Part shown: one piece after another, positions 57,328-64,000 of the stretch
How positions within the stretch are numbered: position 1 is the stretch's first letter
Layout of the letters: each line of letters begins with the position of its first letter
Source: Flavobacteriales bacterium
GTDB lineage: Bacteria > Bacteroidota > Bacteroidia > CAIKAF01
Assembly: GCA_022402535.1 (NCBI GenBank)
Contig: JAKRSD010000022.1
Location: forward strand, 54,779-118,778
Direction: 5' to 3'
DNA: 64,000 bases
Translations under genes and position numbers: made by a program
Notes under the pieces: generated by a model
The model's input: the letters and a program-made list of their open reading frames with translations, nothing else
What the model was told of the DNA's origin: nothing
Databases searched by the model: none

Positions 57328-58854
57328 ATGCATCAAAAATTACTCATCATCGATTTCGGGTCGCAATACACCCAACTGATAGCCCGCAGGGTTCGTGAAT
57401 TAAATGTGTACTGTGAAATTTGGCCGTACAATCACCTTCCTTCGCTGGATGGTTTTCAGGCGGTCATTCTTTCGGGTAGTCCGCATTCGGTAAGAGAACG
57501 CAATGCACCTACTGTGGATTTACAGGCAATCTTTGCCAACGGTCCGGTATTGGGGGTTTGCTACGGTGCCCAGCTTATTGCCCAGAAATCGGGCGGAACG
57601 GTTGAAAAATCCGCAACCCGCGAATATGGAAGAGCCAATTTGAACGATGTATCTAAAAAAGAAGACCTGTTTAAGGGAATCAAAAAAGGTTCACAGGTAT
57701 GGATGAGCCATGGAGACACCATTTTTGAAATTCCTGAGAATTTTAAAATAATTGCTTCCACCCACGAAGTGAAAGTGGCTGCATTCAAAGTAAAAAAGCA
57801 GGATGTTTACGGAGTTCAGTTTCATCCTGAAGTATATCACAGCGAGGACGGAACCAAGCTTTTGGGAAATTTCCTCTATAAAATATGCGGATTTACTGGC
57901 GATTGGACTCCCGGAATGTTTGTGGAAGAAACCGTGGCCGAGTTAAAAAATACCTTGAAAAAAGACAAGGTTATCATGGCGCTTTCCGGCGGTGTGGACA
58001 GTACGGTGGCCGCTTCATTAATCAGTAAAGCCATTGGAAAAAACCTGCATTGCATATTTGTGGATAACGGTCTGCTTCGCAAAGGAGAATTTGAATCCGT
58101 TTTACATTCTTACAAAGATTTTGGACTGAATGTGAAGGGGGTAGATGCCAAAGCCCGTTTCATGAAAGCGTTGAAAGGGGTTTCAGATCCCGAGAAGAAA
58201 CGTAAAATCATCGGCGGGCTATTCATTGAAATATTTGATGAAGAATCCAAAAAAATAAAAGATGCCAAATGGTTGGGTCAGGGAACCATTTATCCTGATG
58301 TGATAGAGTCTGTTTCGGTAAAAGGCCCTTCTGCCACCATTAAAAGCCATCATAACGTGGGTGGCTTACCTGCCAAAATGAAATTGAAAGTAGTAGAGCC
58401 ACTACGTACATTATTCAAAGATGAAGTAAGAAGAGTGGGCCGAAGCATGGGAATCGGGGAAGATTTTATAGGCCGTCATCCGTTTCCGGGTCCCGGACTG
58501 GCCATTCGTATTTTGGGTGATATCACTCCCGAAAAGGCAGCTATTCTGCAAGAAGCAGATTTTATTTACATCAATGCCCTCAAAAAGCATGGTTTGTATG
58601 ATGAAGTTTGGCAGGCGGGAGCTATTTTTCTACCTGTGCAGTCAGTGGGGGTAATGGGAGATGAGCGTACCTACGAAAATGCAATCTGTCTGCGTGCGGT
58701 AACCTCTACGGATGGTATGACTGCCGACTGGAGCAGACTTCCTTACGATTTTCTGGCCCAGGTATCCAATGAAATAATAAATAAAGTGAAAGGGGTGAAC
58801 CGTGTGGTATTTGATATCAGCAGCAAACCGCCCGCCACGATTGAATGGGAATAA
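57328..58854 (+). CDS. guaA: GMP synthase (glutamine-hydrolysing)
   Basis: [32 protein letters not shown]; ATG at 57328. Confidence 0.98.
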   Translation: MHQKLLIIDFGSQYTQLIARRVRELNVYCEIWPYNHLPSLDGFQAVILSGSPHSVRERNAPTVDLQAIFANGPVLGVCYGAQLIAQKSGGTVEKSATREYGRANLNDVSKKEDLFKGIKKGSQVWMSHGDTIFEIPENFKIIASTHEVKVAAFKVKKQDVYGVQFHPEVYHSEDGTKLLGNFLYKICGFTGDWTPGMFVEETVAELKNTLKKDKVIMALSGGVDSTVAASLISKAIGKNLHCIFVDNGLLRKGEFESVLHSYKDFGLNVKGVDAKARFMKALKGVSDPEKKRKIIGGLFIEIFDEESKKIKDAKWLGQGTIYPDVIESVSVKGPSATIKSHHNVGGLPAKMKLKVVEPLRTLFKDEVRRVGRSMGIGEDFIGRHPFPGPGLAIRILGDITPEKAAILQEADFIYINALKKHGLYDEVWQAGAIFLPVQSVGVMGDERTYENAICLRAVTSTDGMTADWSRLPYDFLAQVSNEIINKVKGVNRVVFDISSKPPATIEWE

Positions 58855-58896
58855 TTTTTGCGAAAAAATCAAAATTTTAATCCTCTTAGAGATTCC

Positions 58897-60555
58897 ATGA
58901 AGTTATCAATCACTGCCTTTATTATCGCATTCTTATTGTTTGCTGGCGCTGTATCGGCCCAAATTTCAACGATTAAGAGAACCGTAAACAATAAAGAATT
59001 TTATGTGCATACCATCGAAAAGGGACAGACGGTATATGCCATAACTAAAATTTACGGCGTAACCGATAAAGAGATTTATGAAAATAATCCCGGAACTGAA
59101 CAGGGCATCAGGGCCGGGGCAGAGTTATTGATCCCAATAAAAGGCAGTCAGTCGCAAACTCCTGTGGTTGATAAAAAGCCAACACCCGAAAACGGACAGA
59201 TAAAACATATTGTTTCTAAAGGCGAAACCCTTTATGGACTGAGTAAACAATATGGGGTAACCGTTGATGAAATTTTATCAATAAACCCATCATTGGCAGA
59301 AGGGTTGAAAGTAGGTGCCGAAATTAAAATTCCGGGTCCCGATAGGGGAGATAAGCCTGTGGTCATCAAAAATGAAACGAAAGAAGATATAAAGGTTGAA
59401 GAAGAGGTGGATTTATCGGATATAAAGCCGATTACAAAAGGGAACGGGGTGGATTATGTGGCTAATTTTCAAAATGAAGCGGATTGTCTTAATAAAACCA
59501 TCAAAAAAGAAAAATACCGCATAGCCCTGCTGCTGCCGTTTGGGTTTCAGGCACAGATGGATAACAAACAGGCCCGCGTGGCATTTCAGTTTTTTGCAGG
59601 TGCCCAATTGGCACAAAAGATGTATCCGTCTCAAAAAGTGGCGATGGAATGGCAGGTGTTTAGTACGGGAGATACAGATGATACTTCTACAGTTTCAAAG
59701 CTCATTAATTCTGGCAAACTCAATGACTTTGATATGATTGTTGGGCCTTTATACGCAAAAAGTGCAGCCAAAGTGGCAGAATTTGCTTCTGAGATCAAAA
59801 AGCCTATTCTATTGCCAACCGTAAGGGGAAGTGAAATCATTATAGGCAATCCTTATGTAATAAAAACTACTCCTTCTCCTGAATACTACCGAAAAGGTCT
59901 GGCTGAATATATGGTGAATTCATTTGATAATATTATTCTGATGAATACTCCGGGAAGTAAAGATTCCCTTTCAATGATTGAGCTTCACAAAGACATTAAA
60001 AGTCTTATTTCAAAGTACCCCGGCAAAAAGGTACACCTGATAGAATCAGGAAAATCCGGTGCTATGGAGTTGGTGATTCCTCAGGTAGAGAACTTGATTT
60101 ATTTCCCAAGAAAAAATGAACTGGCTGTCGGGAATTTTCTTACGGGAATGCGTAAACTGAAGAAAACAGATAAAATTACCGTAATGGGCGATGAATCCTG
60201 GTTGAGTTTCCGGAATTTTGATCCCGAATATTACAACACGGTTAAACTTCAGGTTCCCGTAATCTACTTTATGTCTCCTGAAATTGTGGGCGTTGAAGAA
60301 TTTGTGAAAGAGTTCAGAAACACATTCAAAACAGATCCGGAAGGATACGCCTTTAAGGGATATGATGCAGTCTGTTATGTGACCGATATGCTAGAAAAGT
60401 ATGGTTCGGGAATCCCTGATTGTATCTCATTTGAGTCTTCAAAATACACACTTTCACCTTTTAAAATGGAGCGGATAAGTGGAGGAGGCTTTGATAATAA
60501 AGGGATTCAGGTTTTAATTGTGGATGAGTATAAACTCAAATTAACCACAAACTAA
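58897..60555 (+). CDS. LysM-domain protein with type-1 periplasmic binding (LppC-like) domain
   Basis: Signal peptide; two LysM (HTIEKGQTVYAI, HIVSKGETLYGL); IALLLPF, IVGPLY, GYDAV. Confidence 0.88.
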   Translation: MKLSITAFIIAFLLFAGAVSAQISTIKRTVNNKEFYVHTIEKGQTVYAITKIYGVTDKEIYENNPGTEQGIRAGAELLIPIKGSQSQTPVVDKKPTPENGQIKHIVSKGETLYGLSKQYGVTVDEILSINPSLAEGLKVGAEIKIPGPDRGDKPVVIKNETKEDIKVEEEVDLSDIKPITKGNGVDYVANFQNEADCLNKTIKKEKYRIALLLPFGFQAQMDNKQARVAFQFFAGAQLAQKMYPSQKVAMEWQVFSTGDTDDTSTVSKLINSGKLNDFDMIVGPLYAKSAAKVAEFASEIKKPILLPTVRGSEIIIGNPYVIKTTPSPEYYRKGLAEYMVNSFDNIILMNTPGSKDSLSMIELHKDIKSLISKYPGKKVHLIESGKSGAMELVIPQVENLIYFPRKNELAVGNFLTGMRKLKKTDKITVMGDESWLSFRNFDPEYYNTVKLQVPVIYFMSPEIVGVEEFVKEFRNTFKTDPEGYAFKGYDAVCYVTDMLEKYGSGIPDCISFESSKYTLSPFKMERISGGGFDNKGIQVLIVDEYKLKLTTN

Positions 60556-60576
60556 TTTTTTATTACCTTTGCACTC

Positions 60577-63210
60577 ATGGGTAATATTTTAAGATTTTTT
60601 GGGAAACTATCCCTGATTTACCCCCTTTCCCTCCTGTCATTTTCCGGGCATGCACAGTGCCTATCCGGAAACTGCTATGCTTTTGCAGACGCTTCCTCTT
60701 TGCAGATTTGCAGAGGACAGCAGGTGACTTTAACTTCAGAGGGTGGGGCGGCAGCGCTCTTTAATAATTTTAATAATCAAACCGTTGGAACAGGTTGGTT
60801 GACAAACAATATCAACGTGATGTTTAACAATCCCTGCGGTCCAAACGGCAGTGACGGAACCCCTTATTTGTGGTTTGGAAATACTTCCGGTGCGGGACAA
60901 AGAACTCTCACAACGGTTGACTTTAATTTAACAGGTGGGGGAAGTATTTCATTTGATTTGCGCTTTTCAATTCAGGGGCAGGCTGCACCCTGTGAAGGTC
61001 CGGATTTAGCAAACGAAGGAGTATATTTTCAATATTCCACTAACTTCGGAGGTACATGGAATACCATTTTTTACTTTGATCCTAACATTAATGGCAGCGG
61101 CGGTGGAGCAGGTTCGCCTTACGTGAATTGGGCGACATATAATTATGCAATTCCATTAGCTGCTCAAACACCATGTACCCGTTTCCGTTGGTTTCAAAGT
61201 GAGGTTTCCGGTGAACCGTTTGATCATTGGGGACTTGATAATATTTTTATCGGCGGACCGCCGCCAGATCCTTCTTCTATTGTTTTTCAGTGGACAGACG
61301 GTGTTCCCGGAGGTCCAGACCGTATAGTGGCTCCTCAGGTTACTACCACTTACACGTTAATGTATGGTACTTCTGCCGATACTTGTTATGACAGTGTAAC
61401 CATTGAAGTATTTGATGTTCCAGAAGCCAATTTAACAGCAACTCCTGCATTAGCCTGTGTGGGTCAGCCTGTAAATTTTGATGCATCAGGAACTCAAAGC
61501 ACAACCCCCATATCAAATTATAAATGGCGTTTCAATAACTCGGGAGTCGTAAATCAAACAACAACTTCACCTAACACAACCTTTACGTTTCCGATTACAG
61601 GAACATTCAACACTTCGGTAATTGTTACCTCGGGAATATGCTCAGACACTGCATTCTTTCCGGTATCAGTAACGAATCCGCCAACTGTTAACTTCACCAT
61701 TCCTTCTCAGGTGTGCGAAGGGCAGGTGTTTCAGGTAAATGCATCTGCCACCACTATAGGGGCGCCTGCTACAATAGCAACATATGATTGGGATTTTTAT
61801 AATGACGGAACGACTGATATAACCACCAATCAGCCGATATCTGAATATTCACTCTCTGGACCGGGCCCTGTTCCCGTAAAATTAACAGTAACTTCCTCGG
61901 CAGGATGTGCGCTTTCTTCGGTACAGAACATGACTGTTTTTGAAATTCCGGAAGTGGATTTCTCCTTTAATGATGCCTGTATCGGAACCGCTACTCAGTT
62001 TACCAATCAGACACAGGGTACAGTAACGCAATGGGGTTGGAATTTCGACGGATTGGGAACTTCGGTAAGCGAAAACCCCAATTATACTTTTCCAGGTGCT
62101 GGGGTTTATTCTGTAACGTTAATTGCTAATAACAATAATGTGTGTGCGGATACCTTGTCTTTGGATGTAGATATTAAAAATACGGCCACGGCTGATTTCT
62201 CATTTAATGATCCGTGTTCGCTTACAGCTATTTTTGAAGATTTGTCGTTTGTTCCTCCTACCTCTGAAGGAAGTATAGTTTCATGGAGTTGGAATTTTGG
62301 AAATGGATCGCAGAGTTCAGATCAAAATCCTACCCATACATATAACAATAACGGAGTATATAATGTAACGCTCACGGTTGAAACAGACAGAGGATGTGTT
62401 AATTCTATCACCAAACAAATGCCCAGATATGCATTGCCGGTTGCGGCTTTCTCTGCGGCTGAAGTCTGTTTTGGGCAGATTACTCAGTTTGCCAACACGT
62501 CATCTGTTGCTTCGGGACAAATTGCGTCCTCCTCATGGCAATTTGGCGACGGACAGGGTTCAACTAATTTTTCACCGGCCTATAGCTATGATGCCGATGG
62601 ATTTTACACTGTCACACTGATAGTGGTAACCGATAACAATTGTTCTGATACCATTTCGCAGACTTATCAGGTTTATCCACAGCCCGTTGCTGCTTTTGAA
62701 AGTGATCCGAATGGAATTACGGATATGTTGAGTCCAGATGTGCTTTTCACCGATTTGTCTACTAATGCAGATAGTTGGACTTGGACATTCGGAACTATTG
62801 GAGGTTCTGCCGAACAAAATCCATTGTTTTCCTTTCCTACTTCAGGTTCATATGATATAACGCTGATTGCACAAAATCAATACGGTTGTAAAGCTGCCGT
62901 TACACAAGGTTATGAGGTGCTTCCCGCATATAATTTTTATGTTCCTAATTCATTTACTCCGTTCAATGGGGATGATATAAATTCACTTTTCCGTTCCTAT
63001 CACACAGGAGTGGACATCTTGGAGTTCGGAATTTATAACCGTTGGGGCGAACAAATTCTATTTACCCGTGATGTCAATTTTACCTGGGATGGTACATTCC
63101 GAGGTAAGCGTTGTCCTCAGGGACTTTATGTATATAAAGCCTGGGTTCGCGATATAGAAGGAAAACATTACTTCTACGAAGGCATCATTAATCTTTTGGA
63201 CGGAGAATAA
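60577..63210 (+). CDS. T9SS type-B cell-surface protein: Reelin-like domain, PKD array, gliding-motility CTD
   Basis: Signal peptide; about six PKD units (WSWNFGNG, WQFGDG..YTVTL); YVPNSFTP..IYNRWGE..WDGT..GLYVY..GIINLL. Confidence 0.9.
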   Translation: MGNILRFFGKLSLIYPLSLLSFSGHAQCLSGNCYAFADASSLQICRGQQVTLTSEGGAAALFNNFNNQTVGTGWLTNNINVMFNNPCGPNGSDGTPYLWFGNTSGAGQRTLTTVDFNLTGGGSISFDLRFSIQGQAAPCEGPDLANEGVYFQYSTNFGGTWNTIFYFDPNINGSGGGAGSPYVNWATYNYAIPLAAQTPCTRFRWFQSEVSGEPFDHWGLDNIFIGGPPPDPSSIVFQWTDGVPGGPDRIVAPQVTTTYTLMYGTSADTCYDSVTIEVFDVPEANLTATPALACVGQPVNFDASGTQSTTPISNYKWRFNNSGVVNQTTTSPNTTFTFPITGTFNTSVIVTSGICSDTAFFPVSVTNPPTVNFTIPSQVCEGQVFQVNASATTIGAPATIATYDWDFYNDGTTDITTNQPISEYSLSGPGPVPVKLTVTSSAGCALSSVQNMTVFEIPEVDFSFNDACIGTATQFTNQTQGTVTQWGWNFDGLGTSVSENPNYTFPGAGVYSVTLIANNNNVCADTLSLDVDIKNTATADFSFNDPCSLTAIFEDLSFVPPTSEGSIVSWSWNFGNGSQSSDQNPTHTYNNNGVYNVTLTVETDRGCVNSITKQMPRYALPVAAFSAAEVCFGQITQFANTSSVASGQIASSSWQFGDGQGSTNFSPAYSYDADGFYTVTLIVVTDNNCSDTISQTYQVYPQPVAAFESDPNGITDMLSPDVLFTDLSTNADSWTWTFGTIGGSAEQNPLFSFPTSGSYDITLIAQNQYGCKAAVTQGYEVLPAYNFYVPNSFTPFNGDDINSLFRSYHTGVDILEFGIYNRWGEQILFTRDVNFTWDGTFRGKRCPQGLYVYKAWVRDIEGKHYFYEGIINLLDGE

Positions 63211-63293
63211 TACGCTGTTGAAATCCTGTTTTAGGTTCTCTTTTTTACAGGAGAATTCCTTTAGCTTTGTGCAAAATTTAGCACAAAGAAAGT

Positions 63294-64000
63294 ATGGCAT
63301 CCTCCCACATGTCGTTTGACAGAAGCGGAATTTCTGATGAAACCCTTCTTCATATTTATAACCAACTGTTATTACCCCGGCTTATCGAAGAAAAAATGCT
63401 GGTACTTCTTCGTCAGGGCCGCATTTCTAAATGGTTCAGCGGAATAGGTCAGGAAGCCATATCGGTAGGTGCAACACTCGCATTGGAAACGGATGAATTC
63501 ATTTTGCCCATGCACCGGAATTTGGGTATGTTCACCGGAAGAGGTATGCCTATTTGGAAATTGGTAGCGCAGTTTCAAGGTAAAATTACGGGTTTCTCCA
63601 AAGGCAGAGAACGCTCATTCCACTTCGGTAATAATGATTACCATCTGGTGGGAATGATTTCTCACTTGGGCCCCCAATTAGGAATTGCCGATGGTATTGC
63701 ATTGGCTTCAAAATTGAAAAAAGAGAAAAAAGTAACACTGGTTATCTCAGGCGACGGTGGAACCAGTGAGGGCGATTTTCATGAATCATTGAATGTGGCT
63801 TCTGTATGGGATTTACCCGTTATTTTTACGATAGAAAATAATGGATACGGACTGTCTACCCCAAGTAACCAGCAATTTAAATGTGAATATATCTCCGACA
63901 GAGCCAAAGGATATGGTATGGAGTCGGTGATTATTGACGGAAATAACATTCTCGAAGTGTATTCCACGGTGAAGCGTTTGGCCGAATCCATGCGCGAAAA
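63294..64000 (+). CDS. 2-oxoacid dehydrogenase E1 component, alpha(/beta fused) subunit; partial
   Basis: Translated by hand from ATG 63294: RLIEEKM..LRQGRISKWFSGIGQEA, MHRNLG, TPP motif GDGGTSEGDFHE...ENNGYGLSTP; runs off the right edge. Confidence 0.92.
   Translation, partial: MASSHMSFDRSGISDETLLHIYNQLLLPRLIEEKMLVLLRQGRISKWFSGIGQEAISVGATLALETDEFILPMHRNLGMFTGRGMPIWKLVAQFQGKITGFSKGRERSFHFGNNDYHLVGMISHLGPQLGIADGIALASKLKKEKKVTLVISGDGGTSEGDFHESLNVASVWDLPVIFTIENNGYGLSTPSNQQFKCEYISDRAKGYGMESVIIDGNNILEVYSTVKRLAESMRE

Overview
64-kb window of a Bacteroidota chromosome (T9SS cargo proteins, TAnnTTTG promoters, no SD motifs; roughly low-40s % GC by eye). Most of it is ordinary core genome: K+/H+ antiporter, yebC, obgE, TPR/beta-barrel/ftsE-like trio, two GT4s, dapA, thiolase, pdxH, ppx, lptB, recQ, fahA, uvrB, guaA and a partial 2-oxoacid dehydrogenase E1. 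It has two tRNAs (Asp, His) and a fluoride riboswitch controlling a CLC-F exporter. The main accessory element is an AT-rich, integrase-less islet (~21.6-26.5 kb) just after tRNA-Asp. It carries a translationally coupled gene pair: a 644-aa helical protein and a ~580-aa protein with an N-terminal Mrr-like PD-(D/E)xK nuclease. This pair is a candidate anti-phage system, followed by a convergent beta-flower-like ORF and a GNAT gene with an internal stop. Other points of interest: two paralogous T9SS adhesins with an animal Reelin-repeat-like N-terminal domain, a stand-alone signal-peptide-bearing class II terpene-cyclase-like protein (DADDTA), and five genes that look leaderless. I saw no CRISPR array, transposase or integrase. 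All assignments come from motif recognition by eye; no searches were run.
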